Program-made: the position numbers and the translations under genes
Notes under the pieces: model-generated
Told to the model about the DNA's origin: nothing
Databases searched by the model: none
Seen by the model: the letters and a program-made list of their open reading frames with translations, nothing else
Part shown: positions 49,014-59,643 of the stretch, one piece after another
How the letters are laid out: the number at the start of each line of letters is the position of its first letter
Numbering within the stretch: position 1 is the first letter of the stretch
Source of the DNA: an uncultured delta proteobacterium
GTDB taxonomy: Bacteria > Myxococcota_A > UBA9160 > SMWR01
Direction: 5' to 3'
DNA: 64,000 nucleotides
NCBI GenBank assembly: GCA_963832165.1
Contig: CAWHTE010000011.1
Span: 416,001 to 480,000 of the forward strand

Positions 49014-51122
49014 GACGCGCTCGCGCAGGCGCCAGAAGAGCGGCGCGAGCGCGTTCTGGTAGTCGTCGGTCCAGAGCGTCGCAGATTCTACGCTCTGGTC
49101 GGAGCGCCAGTCGCCGCCCAGCAGCGCTGCGACGCGCTGCGCGTTCCGGCTCAGCAGATATGCGCGCGTCGGGGATTCGAACGGTGCGAGCGGCGCCGTC
49201 GAGCGTCCGTAGGCTCCGTGCAGTCCGAGCTCCTCGCCTGCGGCGCGCAGGATCGGATCGAAGTCGTAGAAGCGACTCGAGACGTGGAAGAGCAGCAGGC
49301 CGTCGCGGCGGAGCTTCTTCAGGTAGCCCTGCAGCGCCTCGCGCGTGAGCAGGTGCGCTGGGATCGAATCGCCGCTGAACGCGTCGACGAAGATCAGGTC
49401 GTAGTACCCGTCCGGCGCCTGCGCATCGCGCGCGAGCGAGAAGCGCGCATCGCCGACCACGAACCGCAGCGATGCGGCGCTGTCGCGCAAGTAGTGGAAG
49501 TAGGTCCGCGCGATCGACTCGCCGTCGGCGTCGAGCTCGTAGAACGCAACTGTGTCGTCGGCGCCGAAGTACGCCGCGACCGACCCGGCTCCGAGCCCGA
49601 TCGCGGCGACTCGCAGCGGTCCGTTCGGCAGTGAGCGCATCACCTCGCCCACGGGCGAGGCCGGGTGGTAGTAGCCGAGCGGGTGCCGTCCCCCGTCGTG
49701 GCCCATGAGCTGGACGCCGTGGACGGTGCCTCCGTGCACGAGGTAGCGCGTCTCGGCGCGCGGTGACGAGGGTACGCTCACGAGCCCGACTGGCTTCTCG
49801 GCGATCCGGTAGACGCCGTAGTAGTTGCGCAGCGCGATCGCGTCGGGGCCCTCGAGCAGGGTCCGGGCCGCGAAGTTCAGCAGTGTTCCTGCGGTGCACG
49901 CGAACGTGACGGCGCGCAGCAGGCGCAGCCGGCGCGCATCCGCGGGCGGATCCGGCTCGCGCGATACTCGCTTGCGCACGAGCAGCGCACCCGAGAGCAC
50001 GACGAGCGCGAGCGGCCACTCGATCAGGTCCGTGAACCAGAGCGGCGCGGCGAGACTCACGAACGCCAGTCCCGCCCAGCCTCCGAGGCCGATCACGAGG
50101 TAGTAGGTCGTGAGCTCGGCGGCGGGCGGCCGAACCCGGTGCAGCTCCGCGTGCGCGGACAACGCCACCCAGAACAGCAGCAGCAGCGGCGGCGCCAGCT
50201 TGCCCGTGAGTGCGATGCACGCGAGCGCGACGATCTCGGCGCGGTAGCGGCGCCACCGCGAGCCCGATGCGCAGCGCCCGCGGAACGCGAGCATGAACGT
50301 GCACAGGTAGACTGCGAGCGGGGCGACCCACGCGAGCGGGATCGAGCCGAGCTCGTTCACGATCAGGTTCGTCACCGCGAGCAGCGCGATCGCGGGCGAC
50401 GCGGAGAGCGCGAACCAGTAGGCGAGCATGCGCGGCGTGGTCGTGCGACGCGCGGCGGGCGCCTCGTACTGCATCGGCGCCGCGGGCTGCACGAGCAAGA
50501 ACGCGAGCCCTGCGTAGGCCACGAGCAGCCCGTTCCAGAGCAGGCGCTGCGCCTCGATACCGAATAACGGCTCGATCGCGAGCGGGTACGCGATCAGCGC
50601 GAGCAGCGACCCGGTATTCGATGCGGCGTAGAGGTGATAGGGATCTTCCGCGGATGGATCCGTCCGGCGCGCGAGCCACTGTTGCGCCACGATGCTCGTC
50701 GTGGAGAGCGCCACGAACGGGATCGCGGCGCGGTAGAGCAGGGCCCACAAGACCTCGAGCACGGGGCCGCCCGCGTATCCTGCCGTCCGCGGCTCCATCG
50801 CCATCCAGAGCAGCGCGGCGGCGATCAGGACGAGATGTCCGCGGCCGATTCGCGGTGCCACCCAATGCGCGTAGAGGTACCCGACCACGAGCGCGCCCGA
50901 GTAGAACATCATGCAGGTGTTCCAGACGTGGACGCCCGCACCGAACTCGACCGACAGCTGCCGGCCGGTCATCGGCTCGAGCATGAACAACAGCACCGCG
51001 CCTAGCACCACGAAGCCCTGCAGCGCGACACTCGTTGCGAGGCTCCCGGCGTTCGCATGACGGCGCCCGAGCGCCGGAATCGCGGCCGCCGTCGCGGAAC
51101 TCGCTGTGCTCCTCGGGTCCAT
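48987..51122 (-). CDS. Fused MFS-like / spermidine synthase-like membrane methyltransferase
   Basis: LLFMLEPM, VWNTCM.F, DPYHLYAASNTGSLLAL..YP, RNYYG, LVHGGTVHG.Q, IGLGAG, GDARF, DAFSGDSIP.HLLTREA, WTDD. Start uncertain. Confidence 0.82.
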   Translation of the reverse strand: MDPRSTASSATAAAIPALGRRHANAGSLATSVALQGFVVLGAVLLFMLEPMTGRQLSVEFGAGVHVWNTCMMFYSGALVVGYLYAHWVAPRIGRGHLVLIAAALLWMAMEPRTAGYAGGPVLEVLWALLYRAAIPFVALSTTSIVAQQWLARRTDPSAEDPYHLYAASNTGSLLALIAYPLAIEPLFGIEAQRLLWNGLLVAYAGLAFLLVQPAAPMQYEAPAARRTTTPRMLAYWFALSASPAIALLAVTNLIVNELGSIPLAWVAPLAVYLCTFMLAFRGRCASGSRWRRYRAEIVALACIALTGKLAPPLLLLFWVALSAHAELHRVRPPAAELTTYYLVIGLGGWAGLAFVSLAAPLWFTDLIEWPLALVVLSGALLVRKRVSREPDPPADARRLRLLRAVTFACTAGTLLNFAARTLLEGPDAIALRNYYGVYRIAEKPVGLVSVPSSPRAETRYLVHGGTVHGVQLMGHDGGRHPLGYYHPASPVGEVMRSLPNGPLRVAAIGLGAGSVAAYFGADDTVAFYELDADGESIARTYFHYLRDSAASLRFVVGDARFSLARDAQAPDGYYDLIFVDAFSGDSIPAHLLTREALQGYLKKLRRDGLLLFHVSSRFYDFDPILRAAGEELGLHGAYGRSTAPLAPFESPTRAYLLSRNAQRVAALLGGDWRSDQSVESATLWTDDYQNALAPLFWRLRERVSSRAPDPG

Positions 51123-51172
51123 CCCCCGTGAGTTGCCTCGGCGCGGAGTCCGGTGGCGGGGGCACGGTTAGT

Positions 51173-51208
51173 CGTCCCGCGGGCGGGACGCGTCCCGGGT
51201 CCGGGACG
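51173..51208. repeat. Two abutting 18-bp palindromes CGTCCCG-N4-CGGGACG
   Basis: CGTCCCGCGGGCGGGACG (51173-51190) followed by CGTCCCGGGTCCGGGACG (51191-51208). Confidence 0.7.
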
Positions 51209-51243
51209 CGCGGTTCTGCGCTGCGGGATGCCCGGAAGGCGGC

Positions 51244-52353
51244 TCAGCCGCTCGAGTCGCCCTCCGTCACGTCCTGCATCGAGATCCGCTCCTCGATCGA
51301 GTGGGCGAACGCGCCCAGGAACGCGTTGCGGAACACGCTCGCGATCGTGGTGAGGAGGTCGGTCTGGGTGCCCTGGATCGAGCCGCTGAACGGGATCTGC
51401 GCCGCAACCTGCTGGCGTGGCTGGTTCTCGAAGAGCTCGGCCGCGAGCTGGAGCGTCGCGCTCCAGAGCGTCTTCACGGGGTTCTGCTTCCCGGGTTCAT
51501 CGATGCCGATGAATCGCACGTCCTCGAGCATCGGCTTGGCATAACCCTCGTAGTGGCCATTGGCGGAGGCGATCTCGAGGTAGAGATCGAAGTCGCCGCT
51601 CTCCGCGTCTGCCTTGAGGTACTCGCGCAGCCAGGGATTGACCTTCGGGATCTTCACGTTCTCTACGGCGAAGTTGAGATCGAAGGTCGAGTTGTTCGTG
51701 AACGGCTTGGCGCTGCCGAACGCATATGCGGGCGCGTCGCCGAGCAGATCGCTGACGATGCGGAACTCCGCAAACGTCGGCTTATCCGTCTCCTCGACGT
51801 TGGTGATGTTGGTGATGATGCCGTTCACCTTGCGCGCGGTGAGCGCGTCCTCGCTCTCGATTCCGGGCGCACGGAACGTGATCGTGCCGCCGTGCACTTC
51901 GACCGTGTTGAACCGGAACGGAAACAGCTCTTCGAGCTTGCTGTGCCAGTTCTCCTCGGTGCCGAGCTGCGACCGCTTCTTCGAGCGCGACTCCACGAGA
52001 TTCAGCTTCGGCTGGTAGAAATGCGCCTCCGAGACGAGGCGTCCGTTGAGCAGGCTGTGCCACTCCACCGAGAAGTCGACGCGCTCGCTGTCGAAGAACG
52101 GTGTGCGCTGCTTGCCGCCCTTCTTGACGATCTCGAGGCCGTCGATGCGGTACGCGCCGCGCCAGAGTCCGATGTCGATGTCTGCGACGCGTCCGTCGTA
52201 GGCGTCGAGCGCGTGCAGGCGGCCGTTCACGTAGTCCTTGACGATGTACGGAAGTGCCGCGCGCAGCGCGATCAGCGCGATGGCGATCCCGAGGAGCGGG
52301 TAGAGCAGGTCACGTCGCCGGTGGACCCTTCGCGAGAGAGATCGGATCGTCAT
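51244..52353 (-). CDS. DUF748/AsmA-like membrane-anchored protein
   Basis: N-terminal TM, ALPYIVKDYVN, DIDIGLWRGAY, GYAKP, FRNAF motifs. Confidence 0.65.
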   Translation of the reverse strand: MTIRSLSRRVHRRRDLLYPLLGIAIALIALRAALPYIVKDYVNGRLHALDAYDGRVADIDIGLWRGAYRIDGLEIVKKGGKQRTPFFDSERVDFSVEWHSLLNGRLVSEAHFYQPKLNLVESRSKKRSQLGTEENWHSKLEELFPFRFNTVEVHGGTITFRAPGIESEDALTARKVNGIITNITNVEETDKPTFAEFRIVSDLLGDAPAYAFGSAKPFTNNSTFDLNFAVENVKIPKVNPWLREYLKADAESGDFDLYLEIASANGHYEGYAKPMLEDVRFIGIDEPGKQNPVKTLWSATLQLAAELFENQPRQQVAAQIPFSGSIQGTQTDLLTTIASVFRNAFLGAFAHSIEERISMQDVTEGDSSG

Positions 52354-52458
52354 GCTGCGCCCCGTCTACATCCCAGCAAGCGGCGTGCCGTGCTCGCGCG
52401 AGCCTCGCGCGCGGAGCGAGCGATCCGATTCGCAATCCAGGGGCATTTCTACAAAACG

Positions 52459-52492
52459 AGAAGGGACGGGCGCTCTCGCGCCCGTCCCTTCT
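52459..52492 (-). terminator. Intrinsic terminator downstream of ftsZ
   Basis: 15-bp perfect stem AGAAGGGACGGGCGC / GCGCCCGTCCCTTCT, GAGA loop on the minus strand, followed by CGTTTTGT. Confidence 0.8.
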
Positions 52493-52517
52493 TTCATGAC
52501 TCCGGTCTGACTGGTTC

Positions 52518-53924
52518 CTAGTCCGCCGAGCGGCGCAGGAACGCCGGGCTCTCGCGCTCTTCTTCGTCCTCATCCGTCCCGCGCCGGCGCAGGAAGGTGG
52601 GCACGTCGAGCTCGTCCTCGAACGGCGAGATCCAGTCGTCGCCGCCTGCGGGAGCGCGGTTGGCTTGTGCGGCGGGTGCCGCGTCTCGGCTGCGCGCGGG
52701 CGGCAGCATCGAGGGCTGCTCCCCTCGCGCGTAGTCGCCGCGTTCCGCGGACAGCGGCGCACGTTCGACCGGCACGGGCTCGCGGCGCAGCGGCGTGACC
52801 TTGCCGCCGTCTTCGATCGGGATGTCGCGGTCGCGCGTGCCGCGGCCGCGCCGCATCCGATCGCCCTCGAGTCCCGTCGCGATCACCGTCACGCGCATCT
52901 CGCCTTCCGGGATGCTCTCGTCGATCACGGCGCCGAAGATGATGTTCGCATCCTCGTGCGCGGCCTCCTGGATCAGCGTCGAGGCCTCGTTCACCTCGTA
53001 CAGCGACAGATCCGGACCGCCCGTGATGTTGATGAGCACCCCGTGCGCGCCGTCGATCGACAGATCTTCGAGCAGCGGGCTCGAGATCGCCATGCGCGCG
53101 GCCTCTTCGGCGCGGTCCTCGCCGCGCGCGACGCCCGTGCCCATCAGCGCGACGCCCATCTCGTTCATGATCGTGCGCACGTCGGCGAAGTCGAGGTTGA
53201 TCAGGCCGTGCACGGTGATCAGGTCCGAGATGCCGCGTACCGCGTTGTGCAGCACGTCGTCGGCGAGCTTGAACGCATCGCGCATCGCGGTGTTCTTTCC
53301 CGCGATCGAGAGCAGGCGCTGGTTCGGAATCGTGATCACGGTGTCGACCACGCGGTGCAGCTCGTCGAGCCCGCGCTCCGCGTGCCGCTGGCGCACCCGT
53401 CCCTCGAACAGGAACGGCTTGGTCACCACGCCCACCGTGAGCGCGCCCGCCTCGCGCGCCACCTCGGCCACGATCGGCGCGGCGCCCGTGCCCGTGCCGC
53501 CGCCGAGGCCCGCCGTGACGAACACCATGTCGGTGCCGCGGAACAGCTCGATCAGGCGCTCGCGCACCTCGATCGCCGAGGCGCGCCCCTTGTCGGGATC
53601 GGCACCGCAGCCCAGCCCGCGCGTCACCTCGCTTCCGAGCTGGATCTTGATCGGCGCGAGGTTGTGCTGGAGCGCCTGGGCATCGGTGTTCGCGGCGATG
53701 AACTCCACGCCTCGAAGTCCCGACAGCACCATGTTGTTGAGCGCGTTGCCGCCGCCGCCGCCCACGCCCACGACCTTGATCACGGCGTGGTGCGAGTCGG
53801 TGTCGGCAAACTCGATCGGATCTCGCTGCGGCTCGACAGCGACATCCGGGCTCGTAATGAGCTCGGTCTGACCCGGAAGACCCGCGCGCCCCGGCGCGCG
53901 GTCGTTCGGACGCTTGATGGCCAT
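52518..53924 (-). CDS. ftsZ: Cell division protein FtsZ
   Basis: [31 protein letters not shown]-terminal LDVPTFLRR / PAFLRRSAD. Confidence 0.97.
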   Translation of the reverse strand: MAIKRPNDRAPGRAGLPGQTELITSPDVAVEPQRDPIEFADTDSHHAVIKVVGVGGGGGNALNNMVLSGLRGVEFIAANTDAQALQHNLAPIKIQLGSEVTRGLGCGADPDKGRASAIEVRERLIELFRGTDMVFVTAGLGGGTGTGAAPIVAEVAREAGALTVGVVTKPFLFEGRVRQRHAERGLDELHRVVDTVITIPNQRLLSIAGKNTAMRDAFKLADDVLHNAVRGISDLITVHGLINLDFADVRTIMNEMGVALMGTGVARGEDRAEEAARMAISSPLLEDLSIDGAHGVLINITGGPDLSLYEVNEASTLIQEAAHEDANIIFGAVIDESIPEGEMRVTVIATGLEGDRMRRGRGTRDRDIPIEDGGKVTPLRREPVPVERAPLSAERGDYARGEQPSMLPPARSRDAAPAAQANRAPAGGDDWISPFEDELDVPTFLRRRGTDEDEEERESPAFLRRSAD

Positions 53925-54031
53925 GCTCTCACCCCCCAGTGCGCATTGCCGATTTGAAATCGGATCCTATCGAAAAACGTCGTTTCTTGTGAGTCCTCGG
54001 GGCGGTTTTTTTGCCCCGATCGTGAGAAAAC

Positions 54032-55261
54032 TCACTCGAACTGGAAGAACCAGTCCCGCATCCGCTGCTTCACTCGTCCGAAGATCGACTCATCGCGGAT
54101 CCGGAACCGGGTGTTGTCGCGATCCTGCGAGGCGCCGAATAGCACGAGCCCCACGCCCGTGGCGTACATCGGGCCGCGCACCACGTCCTGCAGACCGCCC
54201 ACTCGGGACGGGATCCCGATCCGGACCGGCGTCTCGAAGATCTCCTCCGCGAGGTCGGGCACGCCCTCGAGCGCGGAGCAGCCGCCCGTGAGCACCACGC
54301 CGGACGGGATCCGGTCCTCGAGGCCCTCCTTCACGAGCGACTGGCGCGCGAGCGAGAGGATCTCGTCGACGCGCGGCTCGATGATCTCGCACAGGAGCTT
54401 GCGCGAGACCTCGCGCGGGCGCCGGCCGCCCACGCTCGGGACGCTGATCACGTCGTCGCTGCCCAGGAAGCGCGCGGCCGCCACGCCGAACTTCTTCTTG
54501 ACCCGCTCCGCCTCGTCGAACGGCGTGCGCAGGCCCACCGCGATGTCGTTGGAGACGTGCGCGCCGCCGAGCCCGAGCACCGAGGTGTGCTTGATCGAGC
54601 CCTCGGAGTAGACGGCCACGTCCGTCGTGCCGCCGCCGATGTCGATCAGGCAGACGCCGAGATCGCGCTCGTCCTCGGCCAGGCAGGCCTCCGCGGACGC
54701 GAGCGGCTCGAGCACGATGTCCATCACGTTGAGCCCGGCCTTGTTGGCGCACTTGACGATGTTCTGGGCGCTCGTGACCGCGGCCGTGACGATGTGGATC
54801 TTGGCCTCGAGCCGCACTCCGCTCATGCCGAGCGGCTCGCGGATGCCGTCCTGGTCGTCGATGATGAACTCCTGCGGGATCACGTGGATCACCTCGCGGT
54901 CCATCGGAATCGAGACCGCCTTGGCGGCGTCGATCACGCGCTTCACGTCGCCGGGCGCCACCTCGCGGTCCTTCACCGCGACCACGCCGTGCGAGTTGAA
55001 GGCTCGGATGTGGCTGCCTGCGATGCCCGCATAGACCGAGCTGATCTCGCAGTCCGCCATCAGCTCCGCCTCCTCGACCGCCTGTTTGATCGAGTGGACG
55101 GTGGCGTCGATGTCGACCACCACGCCCTTGCGCAGCCCGCGCGAGGGATGGGTGCCGATCCCGATGATGTCGATGGTGTCCCCGTTCGGCGCCGCGACGA
55201 TCACGCAGACCTTCGTGGTGCCGATATCCAACCCGACGATCAGATCCTCTTTCTTGGCCAT
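54032..55261 (-). CDS. ftsA: Cell division protein FtsA
   Basis: GLDIGTTK, GIAGSHI, PLGMSGVRLE, IDIGGGTTD, GVVLTGG, YATGVGL. Confidence 0.97.
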   Translation of the reverse strand: MAKKEDLIVGLDIGTTKVCVIVAAPNGDTIDIIGIGTHPSRGLRKGVVVDIDATVHSIKQAVEEAELMADCEISSVYAGIAGSHIRAFNSHGVVAVKDREVAPGDVKRVIDAAKAVSIPMDREVIHVIPQEFIIDDQDGIREPLGMSGVRLEAKIHIVTAAVTSAQNIVKCANKAGLNVMDIVLEPLASAEACLAEDERDLGVCLIDIGGGTTDVAVYSEGSIKHTSVLGLGGAHVSNDIAVGLRTPFDEAERVKKKFGVAAARFLGSDDVISVPSVGGRRPREVSRKLLCEIIEPRVDEILSLARQSLVKEGLEDRIPSGVVLTGGCSALEGVPDLAEEIFETPVRIGIPSRVGGLQDVVRGPMYATGVGLVLFGASQDRDNTRFRIRDESIFGRVKQRMRDWFFQFE

Positions 55262-55352
55262 GACGTTGTCTCCCCCCTGAGACTGGACCGCCGGAACTAG
55301 CCGCGCGGTCCTGGTTCGGTGCCGCAGCGCCCCCCGCGCCGCGGCGCCTGAT

Positions 55353-56234
55353 TCAGGCCGACCCCTTCGGGTCGGTCTTGTTCGAAAGCACTGCCTGACC
55401 CGCGAAGCGCAGGTCCACCGAGGCCGCCTCGGCGACCTCCGCGGGCCGCTTCGCGAGCAGTTCGGCGAGCATCCCCACGCGCGCGTCGAGGTCGTCGGCG
55501 CCCATCACGAAGCGCGCCTCCATGCCCGGCAGACGCACCACGAGTCCCTCCGGATCCGCTTCCTTGCCGAGCGCGATCTCGCGCGGCATCGCGAGCCCGC
55601 GCGACGGAAACGTGCGCGCCACGCGGATCGCCTCGGCGATGCGGTGGTCGGGCTCGCCCGGCGGCGGCGTGCTCTCGCAGCGCAGCCGGGGCAGGTCCTT
55701 CGCTTCGCGCGCGTCGAGCACCGCGAACGGGCGCCCCTCCGCGTCCACGCCGAGCGGTCCGCCCCGCGCCTCGATCACCGCGAGCGCCTCGCGCTCTCGG
55801 ACGCGCAGCACGACCGTGCCGCCGGGTAGCCGGGCCGCACTCGCCTCGGCGATCCAGGCGTTCTGGCGCAGTCCACCCGCGAGGCGGCGAGGCTCCGCGG
55901 CCGAATAGCCGTCGCCCACCGCGATCCGTGCCGAGTGCGCGATCTCCTCGGCGGTCAGGTGCGAAGCGCCCTGGACCTCGATGGCCGAGACCTGCCAGCC
56001 CACGCTGCCGATCTGCGCGAGCGCGTCGTCGCCCACCCAGGCGCCGACGAAGAGCGCGAGCACGGGCGCGGCGATCAGCCAGACGCCGCGCGGCACGGGC
56101 AGCGAGCGCGTCGGTTTCGGCTCGCCGCCGCGCCGGTTGCGCAGGCGATCCAGGTGCTGGTTCGCACGGGTGCGCCGACGCTGCGCCTCCTGCTCGGTCC
56201 GATCCGTGAAACGAGAGATGCTGCTGTGATTCAT
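55353..56234 (-). CDS. ftsQ: Cell division protein FtsQ/DivIB
   Basis: Single TM, POTRA domain (IEVQG, WIAEAS..R.P...V..V.ER), VDLRF; located before ftsA. Confidence 0.85.
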   Translation of the reverse strand: MNHSSISRFTDRTEQEAQRRRTRANQHLDRLRNRRGGEPKPTRSLPVPRGVWLIAAPVLALFVGAWVGDDALAQIGSVGWQVSAIEVQGASHLTAEEIAHSARIAVGDGYSAAEPRRLAGGLRQNAWIAEASAARLPGGTVVLRVREREALAVIEARGGPLGVDAEGRPFAVLDAREAKDLPRLRCESTPPPGEPDHRIAEAIRVARTFPSRGLAMPREIALGKEADPEGLVVRLPGMEARFVMGADDLDARVGMLAELLAKRPAEVAEAASVDLRFAGQAVLSNKTDPKGSA

Positions 56235-57148
56235 GCTGTCCCCCCTACGATCCGCACCTCGCACTCGAGTCGGGTGCCGCTCTGCGCGTGCACCCGCTCC
56301 TGCGCGAGGCGGATCAATTCCAAGACGTCGGAGGCGGTGGCGCCTCCGAGGTTGGCAATGAAGTTCGCGTGCAGGGGGGAAATCTGGGCGCCGCCCACGC
56401 GGTGCCCCTTCAGTCCGGCGGCTTCGATCAGGCGCCCGGCGTAGTCGCCGGGCGGATTCTTGAACACGGATCCACACGAGGGCACCGAGAGCGGCTGGGT
56501 CTGCTCGCGGCGCTCGAGCAACTGGTCGACCTCGGCGCGTACGGCGGCCCCCGTGGAGCGGTCGATGCGCAGAAGCGCCGAGACGATCACGCTGCCGGGC
56601 GCGAGGCCGCGCAGCGCGCGGTAGCGGAAGTGCAGCCGCGAGCGCTGCAGATGCGAGAGGCCGGTTCCGCTCGGGTGGGCCACCTCGATCTCGAGCACGC
56701 GGTCGCCGATCTCGCGCCCCGGGATGCCCGCGTTCATCGCGATCCAGCCGCCGATGCTGCCCGGAATGCCCGCGCCGAACTCGAGGCCCGCGAATCCGCG
56801 CTCGCAGCAGAAGCGCGTGAGCTGGCTGTGCGACACGCCGGCCTCGACGCGCAGCGCGTTGCCGGGACGCTCTTCGAGTCGGCGGAAGCGCGAGAGCTGG
56901 ATCACCACGCCCGCGACGGGCGTATCGAGCGCGAGGCTGTTGAAGCCGCCGCCGATCACGTGGTGCGGCACGCGCGCGCGCGCGACGCGCCGCAGCGCGG
57001 CGCACAGCTGCGCGCGATCCGTGGGTGTCACCACCGCGTCGACGGGTCCGCCCACGCGCAGCGACGTGAGACGCGCGAGCGGTACGTCGAAGCGCACCGC
57101 CGACCCGAGCTGATCGGACAGCTCCGCGCGCAGCTCGCGCCCGATCAT
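56231..57148 (-). CDS. murB: UDP-N-acetylenolpyruvoylglucosamine reductase
   Basis: TSLRVGGP, GLEFGAGIPGSIGG...MNAG, GSVFKNPPG, HANFIAN, LECEV. Confidence 0.93.
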   Translation of the reverse strand: MIGRELRAELSDQLGSAVRFDVPLARLTSLRVGGPVDAVVTPTDRAQLCAALRRVARARVPHHVIGGGFNSLALDTPVAGVVIQLSRFRRLEERPGNALRVEAGVSHSQLTRFCCERGFAGLEFGAGIPGSIGGWIAMNAGIPGREIGDRVLEIEVAHPSGTGLSHLQRSRLHFRYRALRGLAPGSVIVSALLRIDRSTGAAVRAEVDQLLERREQTQPLSVPSCGSVFKNPPGDYAGRLIEAAGLKGHRVGGAQISPLHANFIANLGGATASDVLELIRLAQERVHAQSGTRLECEVRIVGGTA

Positions 57149-58543
57149 CGCGCGCGCTCCCTTGGTTTCTGCGAGAGCCGCTCGACCAGGCGCGCGCCCA
57201 GGCTCGCAATGCTTCCCGCGCCGAGCGTCACCACGAGGTCGCCCGCACGCACCTCGTGCACGAGGCGCTCGAGCGCGGCGTCGAGGTCGCCCTCGAAGTG
57301 CACGGAGCGGTGGCCGTGGTCGCGGATCGCCTCGGCGAGCAGCGACGCCTCGACGCCGGGCAGCTTGTCCTCGCTCGCCGCATAGATCTCCGTGAGCACG
57401 AGCACGTCGGCGTCGTTGAAGCAGCGCGTGAACTCGTCCCAGAGGTCGCGGGTGCGCGTGTAGCGGTGGGGCTGGAACGCGACCACGACCCGGCCGCGGT
57501 GGATCTCGCGCGCGGCCGCGAGCGTGGCCTCGATCTCGGCGGGGTGGTGGCCGTAGTCGTCGATCACGCGCACGCCGGCCGCGCTGCCCTTGTCCTCGAA
57601 GCGCCGCTCGATGCCGAGGAAGCTCTCGAGCGCGTCGGCGGCGGTGCGGAACGAGCACCTCGACCTCGTGCGCGACCGCGAGCGCCGCGAGCGCATTCAG
57701 CACGTTGTGGCGACCCGCGAGGCGCAGCCGCACGCGGCCGAGATCGCGGCCCTCGTGGCGTACCGAGAACCCGAGCCGGTCTCCGTCTCGCGCGATCTCG
57801 CTCGCGATCCAGTCGGCCTGCGCGGTCGTGCCGTAGCGGATCGCGCGCCGGTTCAGCCGCGGCAGGATCGCCTGCACGCCCGGATGATCGGCGCACAGCA
57901 CCACCGCACCCCAGAACGGCACCCGGTTGCAGAACGCCGCGAACGCGTCCTGGAGCGTGTCGTAGCTGCCGTAGTGGTCGAGGTGCTCGGGGTCGATGTT
58001 GGTCACCACCGCGATCACGGGCGCGAGGCGCAGGAACGACCCGTCGCTCTCGTCGGCCTCCGCGACGAGCAGCGACCCCGCGCCGCGGCGCGTGGTCGAC
58101 GGATCGCGGTCCGCCGCGAGCACGCGACCGCCGACCACCGCGGTCGGGTCGAGACCCGCGGCATCGAGCACGTGCGCGACCAACGAGGTCGTCGTGGTCT
58201 TGCCGTGGCTGCCCGCGACCGCGATCCCATCCTTGAGTCGCATCAGCTCGGCGAGCATCTCGGCGCGGCCGATCACGGGGATCTTCGCGGCTTCGGCGCG
58301 GCGCAGCTCGGGGTTGTCGGCGCGTATCGCCGACGAGTAGACCACGACGTCGGCGTCGCCGACGTTTCCGGCGTCGTGGCCGATCGTCACGGCGATGCCG
58401 AGCGAGCGCAGCCGCTCGGTATTCGCGCTGTCCTTCTGATCGGAGCCCGTGACGCGGTAGCCCTGGCTCGCGAGCAGCTCGGCGATGCCGCACATGCCGA
58501 TGCCGCCCGCGCCGACGAAGTGGATGCGCTGGATGCGTCTCAT
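57145..58543 (-). CDS. murC: UDP-N-acetylmuramate--L-alanine ligase; frameshift near 57655
   Basis: IHFVGAGGIGMCGIA, AGSHGKTTTT, AEADESDGSF, TNIDPEHLDHY, then DDYGHHPAEI and FQPHRYTRT in the next frame. Confidence 0.93.
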
Positions 58544-59643
58544 GATGCCGCCTCCGCGGTCCACGCGGCGCACGCCTCGACGATCTGCGCCGCGGCATCG
58601 GGACGCGCCTGGCGCGCCGCGGCCGCGCCCATCGCGACGAGCCGCTCGGGGCTCGCGGCGAGATCCGCGAGCGCGCGCAAGAGATCGTCGACCGCGAGCG
58701 GGCGCGACGGCAGCACGATCGCGGCGCCCGCGTCGGCCATCGCGCGCGCGTTCGCGCTCTGGTGATCGTCGGCCGCGTGCGGATAGGGCACGAGCAGCGC
58801 GGGCAGACCCGCCATCGCGAGCTCGGCCACCGTGAGCGCACCGCTGCGGCACAGCGCGAGGTCGCTCTCGGCATAGCGCGTGGGCATGTCGCGCTCGAAC
58901 GCCACCACGCGCGCGGGGATCCCCACCGCCTGGTAGGCGGCCTCGACCCGCTCGCGATCCGCCTCACCGGTCTGATGGAAGATCTCGAAGCCCGCTCGCG
59001 CGAGCCGCGGCGCGGCCTCGACCATCGCGTCGTTGATCTGTCGCGCGCCCTGGCTGCCGCCGAAGACGAGCAGGCGCAACGGCTTGGCGGGCGTGCGGCG
59101 CGGGGGTGAGTTGCGGAATGCCGCGATCAGCGCCTGGCGCAGCGGCGCGCCGACCACGGTCACGGCGCCTGCGCGGCGCAGCGCGTCCGCGGCGGCCCCG
59201 AACTGCACGAAGACGCCGCGCGCGAGCCGCGCTGCGAACCGGTTGGCGCGCCCGGGCATCGCGTTAGGCTCGACCAGCGCGATCGGAATCCGGCGCAGCG
59301 CCGCGGCGATCACGCCGGGCACCGAGGCGTAGCCGCCCACCGAGATCAGCACGCTGGCGCGCCGGGTCGCGAGCTCGCGCCGCGCCGCGAGCGCGCCGCG
59401 CAGCGTCGCGATCAGCGCGCGCAGCCGCGCGACCGCGCCGCGCCCCATGATCTGACCGCTCGGCAGCGTCACGAGCTCGAAGCCGGCCTCCGGCACGAGC
59501 CGGCGCTCGAGGCCGATCTCTCCGCCGAGCAGGAACGGCGCATCGCCGCGCGCGGCGACCGCCTCGGCGAGCGCGAGCGCGGGCGTGACGTGGCCGCCCG
59601 TGCCGCCGCCGGCGATCGCCCAGACGCGACGCGTGCCCGTCAT
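58540..59643 (-). CDS. murG: MurG GlcNAc transferase
   Basis: GGGTGGHV.P, GGYAS, GGSQGA, CRSGALTVAEL, DDHQ..NA. Confidence 0.95.
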   Translation of the reverse strand: MTGTRRVWAIAGGGTGGHVTPALALAEAVAARGDAPFLLGGEIGLERRLVPEAGFELVTLPSGQIMGRGAVARLRALIATLRGALAARRELATRRASVLISVGGYASVPGVIAAALRRIPIALVEPNAMPGRANRFAARLARGVFVQFGAAADALRRAGAVTVVGAPLRQALIAAFRNSPPRRTPAKPLRLLVFGGSQGARQINDAMVEAAPRLARAGFEIFHQTGEADRERVEAAYQAVGIPARVVAFERDMPTRYAESDLALCRSGALTVAELAMAGLPALLVPYPHAADDHQSANARAMADAGAAIVLPSRPLAVDDLLRALADLAASPERLVAMGAAAARQARPDAAAQIVEACAAWTAEAAS

